The notes: generated by a model from the letters alone, not told the origin. DNA of 64,000 nucleotides from Candidatus Hydrothermota bacterium (GCA_021158525.1 JAGGUL010000031.1:6955-70954); one strand, 5' to 3'. Numbered from the stretch's first letter, positions 29,013 through 38,759 are shown. Numbers and translations are program-made.

Positions 29013-31329
29013 GCTGATAGAGGGAGACTATTATTATCGCCATCTGTGAAAGAATAGCAGTGACATCTCTTATTATTAACCTCTTGGGCGTCTTGAGCTT
29101 TGGTGGAACGACAATGGTATCTCCCTCGCGGATTTTCCCCCTGGATGAACGCACGATCCCGGAGGCTCCTATGACATAAAGGGCTTTTCTATCGGCATCC
29201 TCGGAAAAACCGCCGACGCGGTCGACATAGTACATCGCCCCCTTTCCCTCCACGAACATGACTGCTCCTGGATTCCTCACCGCCCCGAGAACCTGAACGC
29301 TGTGGGGCCTCTCCGGCACGTATATGCTGTCACCATCCTGAAGCTCGAGCCCCCAGTTCGAGGTGTCTGAGAAATCGACGAAAATCCTCCCCGGCTGATA
29401 AAGCTTCGTGAGGTCGCTCACGATCTGTTTCTGAAACTGAAAATAAGTCGTCAGATCATAGCCGCCCTGACCTGCTGATGTCCCCGAGGCATAGGGCAGC
29501 GATGCCTGCATCATGGAAGCCCTGAGATAGGTGTTAAACCTCTCGGTTCCCCGCTGTTCCATCTGCTCTATTGACTTCCTTATGAGAACTATCCCCTCGG
29601 GAAAGGCACAGTTTTTGAAGCCCCCCGCCCTTTCCATCACGTCGCGGAAAGTCTGACCTTTTGTTATATAGTACCATCCGGGGAATCGCACACTGCCGCC
29701 CACATAGACCCTCGCCCTGTCGAAATACGCCGGCACAAATTTCACGCTGAGAACGTCGTTTCTCCTCAGGTCCATCTCGAGGGTTAGGCTGTCCCTGAAA
29801 TCGACTTTGATGACATCAAAGCTGTCCTGGCTGACCATCCTGAAAAGCTCTCCCTCGGAAGAATCGGCCTCGGGCAAGAGATTGCCGGCCATGAACAGCA
29901 GGTCTTTGATCTTCATGTTCTCGAGGAGAGGATATCGACCTGGCTTTCGCACGGCCCCCACCACCCTGACTGAATCCTTCGGCAGCACCTCGTCTTCTGA
30001 ATAAATCCTCACGATGTCCCACTGTTCCAGCTCCAGATTCTGGGTGCTGTCGCCCTCCAGAAGTTTTCCCAGATTAAAGGTGAGGAGCTCTCTCCTGCCT
30101 TCACCGAGATACCTGTATATCTCGGCATTTTTGAAAAAAGTGCCTTTCTTCACTCCCAGTGCCGCATCGATAAGATCAAGGACCCTCCATCCCTTTTTCA
30201 ATTCATAATCACCGGGTTTGTGAACATTCCCCTCTATGGTGACGAAATTCCACCTTCCCGGGAGGATCGTCGCAATGGATACCAGGTCACCGTTCTCAAC
30301 GATAAACTTGCCTCCTTTGTTGCGGAAATCCTCCTGATCTCTAAACTCCACGTCTAAAACGGATCTGCGTTCCCCCTCAACAACCCTGTCAACCTGAACC
30401 CGATAGATGAATGCTGTGGGCAACAAACCGCCGGCGAGTTCTATGAGGTCATAAAGGCTCTCTCCATCCTTCAATTCGTAGATGGCGGGCCTCTTAACGG
30501 CACCGGCTATGCCGGCCACATTCCCGATGGGCGGCACGAAAATTATGTCCCCTCCTTCGAGGACCACATCGGGCAGCTCCTTCCCCTCCACGAGAAGCTT
30601 GTAGAGATCGAGGGTAACCCTGCCCCCGGCGGATTTTATAATCTCTATTTTCCTCAGAGAGCCGGTTTTCCTGACTCCCCCCGCGAGAGTCAGAGCCTGA
30701 AGGGGATTAATGAGGGGCGTGACCTTATAGATCCCCGGATTGACCACCTCTCCCATCAGGTAAATGGGAAAGGTCCTGAGAGCCCCCAGGCTGACCTCGA
30801 CAGATATACCAGAATAATGCGACTTGAGCGACTCTATTATCAGGCTCTTGACCTCGGAGAATCTCTTTCCCCATACGTACAGGACCCCGGCTTCGGGAAG
30901 CACTATCTTGCCGTCCCTGTCCACAGTGAGGCTGAGCTGCTGATTTATGTTGCCCCAGATGTATATCACGAGGTTATCGGAAGGCCCAACGACGTAATCG
31001 GGGCTAACGGGTATGTTCTGAAAGGTCAGGGCGATCGGCATGCTCGGGAAGATGTCGTACCCGAACTGAGAGAGCCCACCGCCGATGGATTTTTCTATAA
31101 CCGAACGAGCTTTTGTCTCTGCGAGGGCCGCCTTCCTGGCTTTCTCAACTTCCTTCTTGAGGCCTGCCGTGTCGATCACCTGCGGAGTCTGTAATTTCTC
31201 TGTTTTGAGCTTCTCCAGGATCTCCCTGGGTATCTGCTGGCCCCTTGATATGCCGTTAAAAAACAATAAACCCACTATTAACAGAGCAACAGAGCGCATC
31301 TCACCTCCTCGTCTCCACTTCGAAGTCAA
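29002..31329 (-). CDS. Polysaccharide export protein (Wza/OPX-like) with multiple SLBB domains
   Basis: 775 aa with a signal peptide. An N-terminal Poly_export-like region (VGPSDNLVIYIWGNINQQ) is followed by repeated soluble-ligand-binding beta-grasp modules (GAVRNPG..., GAVKRPAIYELKDG...). Confidence 0.65.
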   Translation of the reverse strand: MTSKWRRGGEMRSVALLIVGLLFFNGISRGQQIPREILEKLKTEKLQTPQVIDTAGLKKEVEKARKAALAETKARSVIEKSIGGGLSQFGYDIFPSMPIALTFQNIPVSPDYVVGPSDNLVIYIWGNINQQLSLTVDRDGKIVLPEAGVLYVWGKRFSEVKSLIIESLKSHYSGISVEVSLGALRTFPIYLMGEVVNPGIYKVTPLINPLQALTLAGGVRKTGSLRKIEIIKSAGGRVTLDLYKLLVEGKELPDVVLEGGDIIFVPPIGNVAGIAGAVKRPAIYELKDGESLYDLIELAGGLLPTAFIYRVQVDRVVEGERRSVLDVEFRDQEDFRNKGGKFIVENGDLVSIATILPGRWNFVTIEGNVHKPGDYELKKGWRVLDLIDAALGVKKGTFFKNAEIYRYLGEGRRELLTFNLGKLLEGDSTQNLELEQWDIVRIYSEDEVLPKDSVRVVGAVRKPGRYPLLENMKIKDLLFMAGNLLPEADSSEGELFRMVSQDSFDVIKVDFRDSLTLEMDLRRNDVLSVKFVPAYFDRARVYVGGSVRFPGWYYITKGQTFRDVMERAGGFKNCAFPEGIVLIRKSIEQMEQRGTERFNTYLRASMMQASLPYASGTSAGQGGYDLTTYFQFQKQIVSDLTKLYQPGRIFVDFSDTSNWGLELQDGDSIYVPERPHSVQVLGAVRNPGAVMFVEGKGAMYYVDRVGGFSEDADRKALYVIGASGIVRSSRGKIREGDTIVVPPKLKTPKRLIIRDVTAILSQMAIIIVSLYQLVR

Positions 31330-31544
31330 TTATATTTTGGACCTTCACGGCTGTCAACCAAAAGAAAGAAGCTAATTGAGAACGGAGCAGCGGCAAATTG
31401 GGCACATAAATCAGGAGTCGCGTCAGGGGATAGGAAAAAATCAAACCTCTTAGCCCGCCACACAACCGGGGATAAAACAAACTCGATCCTCTTAGGCTCG
31501 AAATACTCCCCGGAAAAGTCCTCAGCAAAGGGCCCTCTTAAAGA

Positions 31545-32573
31545 TCAGCCCTTCTTGCTTTTCTCGCTGATCAGCCTCAGTCCGGTATCCTTCATAGATC
31601 GCTCGGCGAGCTCGAGAGCCCTGACAACCCTGAGCCCGTTATAGCCATCGGTCATTGGATTGGTCCTCTCCCTTATGCATTCTATGAAGTGTTGCATCTC
31701 GAGTCTGAGGGGCTCGATGCTGTCTATCTTGGGAGACAGTATGTCCCCCGTCCTGTAGGAAAGCTGAAATTCACCGAAAGTCTCGGGTTCCGAATAGTCA
31801 ACTCCGCTATCGAAAATCCTCACTTTCTCGTAGCTGCTCGTGTCGTCGTAGATGATCATCTTGTCGCTCCCCACCACTGTTATATTTCTCACCTTGCTGG
31901 GGGCAAGCCAGCTGACCTGCAGGTCAGCTATAACGCCGGAGGGAAAAACGACGTGCAGGAAAGCAACATCAGGAACACCGTTCAGGATAAAATCCTTGCC
32001 GACTGTATATACGTAAAGGGGATCCTCGCCGAGCCAGTAAATTATGATAGAGAAATCATGGGCGGCGAGGTCCCAGATGACATTTGCATCTTTCCTGTGT
32101 ATGCCGAGATTTATCCGTGTGGAAGTGATATAGTAGATCTGGCCGAGATCGCCCTTGTCGATAATCTCTTTCACCTTACGAACGGCCGGATTGTAAAGGA
32201 AAGTGTGGCCGACCATGAGAATACGTCCCCTCTCTTCGCAGATCTTTATGAGCTCTTCGGCTTCCTCACTGCTCGCCGTCATCGGCTTCTCAATAAAAAC
32301 ATCCTTGTCGTGCAAAAGGGCTTTCTTCGCGAGCTTATAGTGGGTCTCAACCGGAGTGGCTATGACCACAGCATCTATGTCGGGCCTCCTCAAAAGGATA
32401 TCGCAATCCGTGGTGAACTCGCGGACGTTGGGGAAGCGGCGCATCATCCTCTCGAGCCTTCTTATAGACAGGTCACACCCAGCGATCACCTGTACGTCGG
32501 GGATAAGCGTGAGATTTCTCATCAGATTCGGGCCCCAATAGCCAAGCCCGATAACAGCTACTCTTGTTGCCAT
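31545..32573 (-). CDS. Gfo/Idh/MocA-family NAD-dependent oxidoreductase (WbpB-like UDP-sugar 3-dehydrogenase)
   Basis: Rossmann N-terminus MATRVAVIGLGYWGPNL and a Gfo/Idh/MocA C-terminal domain. It is adjacent to a DegT aminotransferase and an LbH acetyltransferase. Confidence 0.75.
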   Translation of the reverse strand: MATRVAVIGLGYWGPNLMRNLTLIPDVQVIAGCDLSIRRLERMMRRFPNVREFTTDCDILLRRPDIDAVVIATPVETHYKLAKKALLHDKDVFIEKPMTASSEEAEELIKICEERGRILMVGHTFLYNPAVRKVKEIIDKGDLGQIYYITSTRINLGIHRKDANVIWDLAAHDFSIIIYWLGEDPLYVYTVGKDFILNGVPDVAFLHVVFPSGVIADLQVSWLAPSKVRNITVVGSDKMIIYDDTSSYEKVRIFDSGVDYSEPETFGEFQLSYRTGDILSPKIDSIEPLRLEMQHFIECIRERTNPMTDGYNGLRVVRALELAERSMKDTGLRLISEKSKKG

Positions 32574-32583
32574 TTCCTAACCT

Positions 32584-34074
32584 CTAACTGTAAAACTCCT
32601 TTATTGTTTTGGCTACCCTCTCCACCTCATCATCGGTGAGTTCAGGGAACATAGGCAAAGAGAGAACGGAGAGGGCAGCTTCCTCAGCATTGGGGAAATC
32701 ACCCCTTACATAGCCGAGACCCTCATAGGCTTTTTGCAGGTGCAGTGGTATGGGATAGTGAATCCCTGTATCTATTCCCCTCTCAGATAGGAAGCTCCTC
32801 AGAGCATCCCTCCTCTCAGCCCTGATAACATAGAGGTGATACACATGTTTAACGAAAGTGGACTCATAAGGAGTTACCACTTCCTTGACATCCTCAAGAA
32901 GCTCGTTGTAAAGAAAAGCGATTTCCCGTCTCCTGTCGTTCCAGGAGTCGAGATGCTTGAGTTTGACGGAAAGCACCGCTCCCTGGAAGTTTATTGTCCT
33001 CAGGTTGAGTCCTCGGGTGAGATGGAAATATTTCTTCTCGGCACCGTGGTCCCGCAATTTCCTCAGTTTTTCAGCCAACTGATCGTTGTTAGTGGAGACG
33101 GCGCCCGCCTCACCCCAGGACCCGAGGTTTTTGCCCGGGTAAAAACTGAAGGCCGCCGCATCACCGATTGCCCCTGCCCTTTTCCCGCGGTAAAGAGCGC
33201 CATGGGCCTGACAGGCATCTTCGATCACTTTCAGGTCGTATTTCTCGGCCAGCTCCAGAATCGGATTCATGTCAGCAGGTTGGCCATAAAGATGTACCGG
33301 GACTATCGCCCTCGTCCTGTTCGTGATGACTTTCCTGAGCTTCGCAGGATCCATGTTATAGGTAGTGGGATCTATGTCCACGAAAACAGGCGTGGCTCCG
33401 GTATAGACGATAGCTTCCAGTGTGGCTACAAAAGTGAAGGGAACGGTAATAACCTCGTCGCCCTCCCCAATTCCAAGGGCCAGAAGAGCCATGAAGAGAG
33501 CAGTGGTGCCGCTCGACGCTGTCACCACGTGCTTGACCCCCAGGTATTTCGCAAACTCCTCCTCGAATTTCCGGACATAGTCGCCGGCGACAAAGGCGTT
33601 ATGAGTGATGATATCGGTGAACATGGAATCTAACTCGCCGTAAATCGTATGAAGCTGGGCCTTGAGGTCCATAAAGGGAATTCTTTCCCTCCTGGTTATC
33701 TCGCCGCTCCTGAGTTTTCCGAGGAATTCGTCTGGAGTCAGACAGGGAACATCCGTCAAGGCGCTCTTCTCACGGGTCACAACCGCCCTCAATCCGAATT
33801 GTCCGGCGGAGAGGACCTCGAGTGTCCCCAGGCTGAAATCTTCCCTAGAAAGCAGTCCCCTGTTTATGTCAGCCCTCAACGGGATCTCCTGAAAATATTT
33901 CAGAACCTTTTCTGCCTCTCTGCCCCTTTCGGCAAGGAGCCTATACCTGGTTTCCGATGAAATCCACCCCTTGATAGAGCCCTCTTTTATGGCGTCAATT
34001 ACACCTGCCTCGTCCTTACCTCCCTCGAGATAATTCTTCAAAACACTATACGCCACAAGCACATCGGGAACCAT
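32584..34074 (-). CDS. DegT/DnrJ/EryC1/StrS-family PLP aminotransferase (WbpE-like) with an ~125-aa N-terminal extension of unknown function
   Basis: DegT core from FMDLKAQLHTIYGELD onward, with SSGTTAL and the PLP-lysine region FSFYPGKNLGSWGEAGAV. The upstream 125 codons are open in frame, and only 10 nt separate this gene from the preceding one. Confidence 0.75.
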   Translation of the reverse strand: MVPDVLVAYSVLKNYLEGGKDEAGVIDAIKEGSIKGWISSETRYRLLAERGREAEKVLKYFQEIPLRADINRGLLSREDFSLGTLEVLSAGQFGLRAVVTREKSALTDVPCLTPDEFLGKLRSGEITRRERIPFMDLKAQLHTIYGELDSMFTDIITHNAFVAGDYVRKFEEEFAKYLGVKHVVTASSGTTALFMALLALGIGEGDEVITVPFTFVATLEAIVYTGATPVFVDIDPTTYNMDPAKLRKVITNRTRAIVPVHLYGQPADMNPILELAEKYDLKVIEDACQAHGALYRGKRAGAIGDAAAFSFYPGKNLGSWGEAGAVSTNNDQLAEKLRKLRDHGAEKKYFHLTRGLNLRTINFQGAVLSVKLKHLDSWNDRRREIAFLYNELLEDVKEVVTPYESTFVKHVYHLYVIRAERRDALRSFLSERGIDTGIHYPIPLHLQKAYEGLGYVRGDFPNAEEAALSVLSLPMFPELTDDEVERVAKTIKEFYS

Positions 34075-34083
34075 ATCTCCTCC

Positions 34084-34629
34084 TTATTTTAGGTACCTGC
34101 GCACAGTCGCCTTCTGCCCGTATACTACTGCTCCCGCGGGTATGTCGTCAACCACCACAGAACCCATGCCTATAAGGGCTCCCTCTCCTATCGTGATGCC
34201 ACAACGAATTGCGCTTGCGGCCCCTATTGAAGCACCCTTCTTGACGAGGGTCGGGGTTATCTCATATTCGACGATCTGTCCGCCCTCATCATCACACGCC
34301 CTGGGGAGGACATCGTTGGTAAAGATAACCGCAGGCCCTATGAAAACGCAGTCTTCCAACGTAACTCCTTCGGGAAGAAAGGCATATGGCTCTATCTTTA
34401 CGTTGTCCCCGATCCTCACGCCCTTCCTGATCTCGACGAAAGCACCTATCTTAACGTTCCTGCCGATATAGGCTCCGTATATATTCACGTTGCTCCATAT
34501 CAGCGTCCCTTCGCCGATCACGGTATCCTTTATAATTATGTTGAACTCAGGTTTTATGATCGTAGCGGGTTTCCCTTCCTCTATCTCGTATCTATCCCCC
34601 CTAATGAGTATGAATGAAGTGGCCACCAC
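34084..34629 (-). CDS. Left-handed beta-helix (hexapeptide) N-acetyltransferase, WbpD-like
   Basis: 181 aa with hexapeptide repeats (IGDNVKIEPYAFL ... IGPAVIFTNDV ... IGEGALIGMGSVV). Confidence 0.7.
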   Translation of the reverse strand: MVATSFILIRGDRYEIEEGKPATIIKPEFNIIIKDTVIGEGTLIWSNVNIYGAYIGRNVKIGAFVEIRKGVRIGDNVKIEPYAFLPEGVTLEDCVFIGPAVIFTNDVLPRACDDEGGQIVEYEITPTLVKKGASIGAASAIRCGITIGEGALIGMGSVVVDDIPAGAVVYGQKATVRRYLK

Positions 34630-34641
34630 ATCCTCCTTGTT

Positions 34642-35265
34642 TTAATAAGCCCCCTTGCCCGCTATAATAGCGGGGATCGTCTTTATTAGGATATAAAGGT
34701 CCAGCGCAAATGACCTCTTTTTACTGTACTCAATGTCAAGGCGCACCATCTCGTCAAAGGGCAAAAGGGTTCGGCCGGAGACTTGCCACAGGCCTGTGAT
34801 GCCCGGTTTGGTCTCGAGCCGTTGGAAATGCCAGTCCTTGTAGTACCTGAGCTCATAGGGAATCGGCGGACGTGGGCCGATAACGCTCATGTCGCCTTTG
34901 AGAACATTGAAAAACTGAGGAAGCTCGTCGAGGCTTGTTCTCCTCAAAAACCTGCCTATGGGAGTAACCCTCGGATCCTTCTCTATCTTATATGCGTTTC
35001 CAGCCTTTTTATTGCTTGTGATCAGCTCCTTCACGTATTCCTTGTGGAGGTCATGGTTGTTGTTCATGTACATGGTTCTGAACTTATAGAAAACAAAGGG
35101 TTTCTTCTTCTCACCTATCCTCACCTGTTTGAACAATACGGGGCCTTTTGAGGACAATTTGACTATTAGCCCCAATATGAGAAAAAGGGGGAAACCGAAA
35201 ACCAACACCGTATAAGAAAAGATTATGTCAAATGCTCTCTTTGCTATATCCGCATCTCTTGCCAT
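34642..35265 (-). CDS. Undecaprenyl-phosphate sugar phosphotransferase (small PglC/WbaP C-domain type)
   Basis: 207 aa with one N-terminal TM segment and the bacterial sugar-transferase motif (KRAFDIIFS ... GPRPP ... TGLWQVSGR). Confidence 0.75.
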   Translation of the reverse strand: MARDADIAKRAFDIIFSYTVLVFGFPLFLILGLIVKLSSKGPVLFKQVRIGEKKKPFVFYKFRTMYMNNNHDLHKEYVKELITSNKKAGNAYKIEKDPRVTPIGRFLRRTSLDELPQFFNVLKGDMSVIGPRPPIPYELRYYKDWHFQRLETKPGITGLWQVSGRTLLPFDEMVRLDIEYSKKRSFALDLYILIKTIPAIIAGKGAY

Positions 35266-35407
35266 GAGTAAAATCCTTGCTGTGGGACGTGTGATAATAA
35301 AAGCTCCTATTTTGTAATTAATATAACTCTTTATGCAAGTTTTGGCAACCGTGTGCGCTTTTTCGCTTGACTACTGCACGGATTTTCAGTATATAGAAGG
35401 CCTGACC

Positions 35408-36700
35408 ATGAAATTCTTCATCCGCACATTCGGCTGTCAGATGAACGTATACGATTCGGAGTTGATATCAGAACTCCTCCTCAAGGAAGGCCTCAAAGAA
35501 GCCCCCTCCCCTGGAGAAGCCGATGTAATTCTGGTCAACACCTGCACGGTCAGGCAGAAAGCCGAGGAAAGGGGTCACGAGTACGCCAGATTCTGGAAAA
35601 AGAGGGGGAAAAAGGTCGTAATGCTCGGATGCCTTGCCCAACAGGAAAAGGAAAGGCTCATGGATGCCGCCGATTTGGTGATTGGAACAAGAAGTTACAC
35701 GCTCTTGCCGAAAACTATCAGGGAGCTATTGGGAAAAAGGAGAAAGGCCGTCCTGACAGAGGACAGCGGGCTGATCGACCTCACCGAAATTTCTCTCTCG
35801 AGATCGCCCAGGCTTAGCGGATTTTCGGAGTTCGTCACCATAATGCGGGGATGCGACAATTTCTGCAGCTATTGCATAGTCCCCTATGTCAGGGGAAGGG
35901 AGACAAGCCGGCCGCCGGAGATGATCATCTCCGAGATCAAAAACCTCGAATCCAGAGGAATTATAGAGGTGACCCTCCTGGGGCAGAATGTGAATTCCTA
36001 CTTCTACAAAGGTACCGATTTTGCGGAATTGCTCGATATGATAGACAGGAATACCTCGCTTTACAGGCTGCGTTTCACGACCTCACATCCGAGAGATATG
36101 TCATACAAAACAGTAAAAACCATTATGAATTCGAGGAGAATAACCCACTGGTTCCACCTCCCTCTCCAGGCCGGCTCTACCAGGGTCCTTCGCCTCATGA
36201 GGCGGGGCTACACCAAGGAAGAATACCTCGATCTCGTCGAGACTATCAGAAAGCTTGACCCGGAAGCCTCGATAACGACCGACATCATGGTCGGGTTCCC
36301 CGGCGAAGAGGAGGTCGATTTTCTCGAGACACTGGACGTCGTTGAAAAAGCCGGCTTTGACCACGCCTATACCTTCGTCTTCACAAAGAGGCCTCACACT
36401 GCTGCTTTTTACCTAAAAGAAACGCTATCTCCTGGCGAAAAGGGCAAAAGGCTGAGAAGGCTCATCGACTGCCTGAATAAAACCATATGGCATAGGCGAC
36501 AGAGAATGCTCGGCAGGGTCTACGAATTGCTAATAGAGGGCCCCTCAAGAAAGAATAAAAGGCTGTCCAAAGGCAGGACAGACGGAAACATCACGGTCGT
36601 GGTAACCAGAGAACTGAAACCGGGAATGCGAGTTCTGGCAAAAGTCAGGGAGATAAAGGGACTAACCCCGATTGCCGACGTCGTTGAAATGCTCGAATAA
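35408..36700 (+). CDS. miaB: tRNA methylthiotransferase, MiaB-like (radical SAM, MTTase family)
   Basis: An N-terminal MTTase domain starts at MKFFIRTFGCQMNVYDSE. The radical-SAM motif is CDNFCSYC, and there is a C-terminal TRAM-like domain. The ORF as called begins 25 codons earlier, which seems unlikely. Confidence 0.65.
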   Translation: MKFFIRTFGCQMNVYDSELISELLLKEGLKEAPSPGEADVILVNTCTVRQKAEERGHEYARFWKKRGKKVVMLGCLAQQEKERLMDAADLVIGTRSYTLLPKTIRELLGKRRKAVLTEDSGLIDLTEISLSRSPRLSGFSEFVTIMRGCDNFCSYCIVPYVRGRETSRPPEMIISEIKNLESRGIIEVTLLGQNVNSYFYKGTDFAELLDMIDRNTSLYRLRFTTSHPRDMSYKTVKTIMNSRRITHWFHLPLQAGSTRVLRLMRRGYTKEEYLDLVETIRKLDPEASITTDIMVGFPGEEEVDFLETLDVVEKAGFDHAYTFVFTKRPHTAAFYLKETLSPGEKGKRLRRLIDCLNKTIWHRRQRMLGRVYELLIEGPSRKNKRLSKGRTDGNITVVVTRELKPGMRVLAKVREIKGLTPIADVVEMLE

Positions 36701-36841
36701 AAGGATCTATCCGGGCAATTCATAAATCCCGAATCACCATCCAGATTGTCAAAATTGGCACAAGGGGATCCGCACGCCCCATCGGGGTACCTCAAGAAGG
36801 TTGACAAAATCGTTGAACACATCGATAATATTTACGCTCGC

Positions 36842-36915
36842 GCGCCCGTAGCTCAATTGGACAGAGCGGCGGACTACGAATCCGTAGGCTGGGGGTTCGA
36901 GTCCCTCCGGGCGCG
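36842..36915 (+). tRNA. tRNA-Arg (anticodon ACG)
   Basis: I folded the cloverleaf by hand. The acceptor is GCGCCCG/CGGGCGC, the D-arm is GCTC..GAGC, the anticodon arm is GCGGA-CTACGAA-TCCGT, and the T-arm is GGGGG-TTCGAGT-CCCTC. The discriminator is G and CCA is not encoded. Confidence 0.8.
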
Positions 36916-36925
36916 CTTTTTGCGT

Positions 36926-37387
36926 ATGACTGACGATGAGAAATTCATGAAAGAGGCCCTGGTAGAGGCCCAGAAAGCCCTGGAGGAGGGTGAGGTCCCT
37001 GTTGGTGCCGTTGTGGTCCACGAGGGCAGGATCATAGGAAGGGGACACAACATGACCGAAACCCTCAAGGACCCCACGGCCCACGCCGAGATAATAGCCA
37101 TCACCGCGTCAGCGGCATACCTCAAAAACTGGAGGCTCGAGGGCGCGAAGCTCTACGTCACCCTGGAGCCCTGCATCATGTGTGCGGGAGCCTCTGTGCT
37201 GGCTCGCCTCGAGGAGATCGTTTTCGCGCTGCCGGATCCCAAGTTCGGCGGTTGCGTTTCTCTGTATAAAATACCCGAGGATGCCCGCCTCAATCACAGA
37301 GTGCGCGTCCGACAGGGGCCTCTGTCCGAGGAAGTTCAAAAACTAATGAAATCATTTTTTCAAAAACTAAGGGCAAAAAAATCTTGA
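36926..37387 (+). CDS. tadA: tRNA-specific adenosine(34) deaminase
   Basis: CDA-fold zinc motifs HAE (TAHAEIIAI) and PCxxC (LEPCIMCAGA). The start is MTDDEKFMKEALVEAQKA, 10 nt after the tRNA. The longer ORF as called reads through the tRNA. Confidence 0.85.
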   Translation: MTDDEKFMKEALVEAQKALEEGEVPVGAVVVHEGRIIGRGHNMTETLKDPTAHAEIIAITASAAYLKNWRLEGAKLYVTLEPCIMCAGASVLARLEEIVFALPDPKFGGCVSLYKIPEDARLNHRVRVRQGPLSEEVQKLMKSFFQKLRAKKS

Positions 37388-37436
37388 AAATTTTGAAAAC
37401 CCACCTTAATATAAATCCAAAAGCGGGAGGTGTACA

Positions 37437-38759
37437 ATGATAAGCTTTAAAAAAGCAATGTTAAGTGTTGCAGTATGCGCTCTCCTGGTCTCCCCTCTGT
37501 TCAGTCTGAACTGGGCTTTCTATGCTCCCTCCGGAAGAGACGGAGCCGCATTGATCTATGACGCTATGGACAATCAAATGGTGCTGTTCGGCGGAAGAGG
37601 TTATGTGGATGCCCATATGAACGATGTCTGGCTGTTAAACACAAATAATGCCTACCCGATGTGGACCAGGTTAGATTTAGACGATCCTCCTCCAGCGCGG
37701 AGATTTCCTGTCGCTATATATAGAAGTACCACTGACGAAATGGTGATATACGGCGGCAGAGATTATATTCAATTTTTCGATGACCTTTGGGTGCTGAAAT
37801 TAAGCCCTGGCAGCGAAGAGTGGGACCATTTAACCCCCTCGGGTGCAAGGCCGGACCCAAAATCTGAAGCATCGGCAATATACGATCCTGTAAACGATAG
37901 ACTCATATTGTTCGGCGGTTTCAATGGATCTGTCCACCAGAATGACCTGTGGGCTTTTGACTTCAACAGTGAGACCTGGGAACAAATATCCCCCTCAGGC
38001 TCGATACCTCCGGCGAGGAGAGGAGCAATGGCTGTTCATGATCCCAACGGCCATCGATTAATTCTCTTCGGCGGGTTAGGCGATGTGGATAATTTCAACG
38101 ATGTCTGGGTATTCGATCTGAACAGCGAGGAATGGACTCAGCTCAGCCCGTCTGGAACGATTCCACCCGGCAGGGGTGGAGGAGCAGCGTTCTTCGATTC
38201 GGACAATAACCGCCTGATAATCCACGGGGGTTGGGCTTACGATGGCGCATGGATTTACTATTATAACGACCTCTGGGCTCTCGATATGGAAAGCCTGACC
38301 TGGACCGAATTATCACCCGTGGGTCCCGCGCCCGAACCCAGGAGAAATATGGCCTATGCGTATGACACCCAGAATCACCGCCTGATAGTCTTCGGAGGAA
38401 ATCAGTACCCGAATTATTATTTCGGCGATCTATATGCTGTAGAAGATTGGGGTCCCACTGCTAAGAAAGAGTTTGACGTTCCCGAAACACGCGCTTCTGC
38501 CGTAAAGATTTACCCTAATCCTGGCCGTGGGCCCTTTAAGATAGAATTCTCCCTTGTGAAACCGGGACCGGTCACTATCAGTGTCATAGACCTGCAGGGC
38601 AGAACTCTGGACCAAATGCACATAAAGAACGCCACTGCCGGCCTGAACGTGTTCACATGGGACCCGAAAGCAGGTACAGAATTACCAGCTGGAACGTATT
38701 TCTTCCGTCTCGTAACGCCCTACAGGACAACCGTCGTCCCCTTCGAAGCCCTCAGGTGA
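37437..38759 (+). CDS. Secreted Kelch-repeat beta-propeller protein with a FlgD-Ig/T9SS-like C-terminal domain
   Basis: Signal peptide, then about six Kelch-like blades (repeated LILFGG...NDLWAFD, NDVWVFD, NDLWALD). The C-terminal 80 aa (IYPNPGRGPFKIEFSL...ISVIDLQGRTL...GTYFFRL) are the sorting-domain pattern. Confidence 0.65.
   Translation: MISFKKAMLSVAVCALLVSPLFSLNWAFYAPSGRDGAALIYDAMDNQMVLFGGRGYVDAHMNDVWLLNTNNAYPMWTRLDLDDPPPARRFPVAIYRSTTDEMVIYGGRDYIQFFDDLWVLKLSPGSEEWDHLTPSGARPDPKSEASAIYDPVNDRLILFGGFNGSVHQNDLWAFDFNSETWEQISPSGSIPPARRGAMAVHDPNGHRLILFGGLGDVDNFNDVWVFDLNSEEWTQLSPSGTIPPGRGGGAAFFDSDNNRLIIHGGWAYDGAWIYYYNDLWALDMESLTWTELSPVGPAPEPRRNMAYAYDTQNHRLIVFGGNQYPNYYFGDLYAVEDWGPTAKKEFDVPETRASAVKIYPNPGRGPFKIEFSLVKPGPVTISVIDLQGRTLDQMHIKNATAGLNVFTWDPKAGTELPAGTYFFRLVTPYRTTVVPFEALR

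Noticed and set aside
36842-36915. Integrative mobile element or genomic island at the tRNA-Arg or tRNA-Asp loci
   Set aside because: There is no integrase, excisionase, transposase or direct repeat of the tRNA 3' end nearby. The flanking genes (miaB, tadA, HD-GYP, the adhesin) are chromosomal in character.
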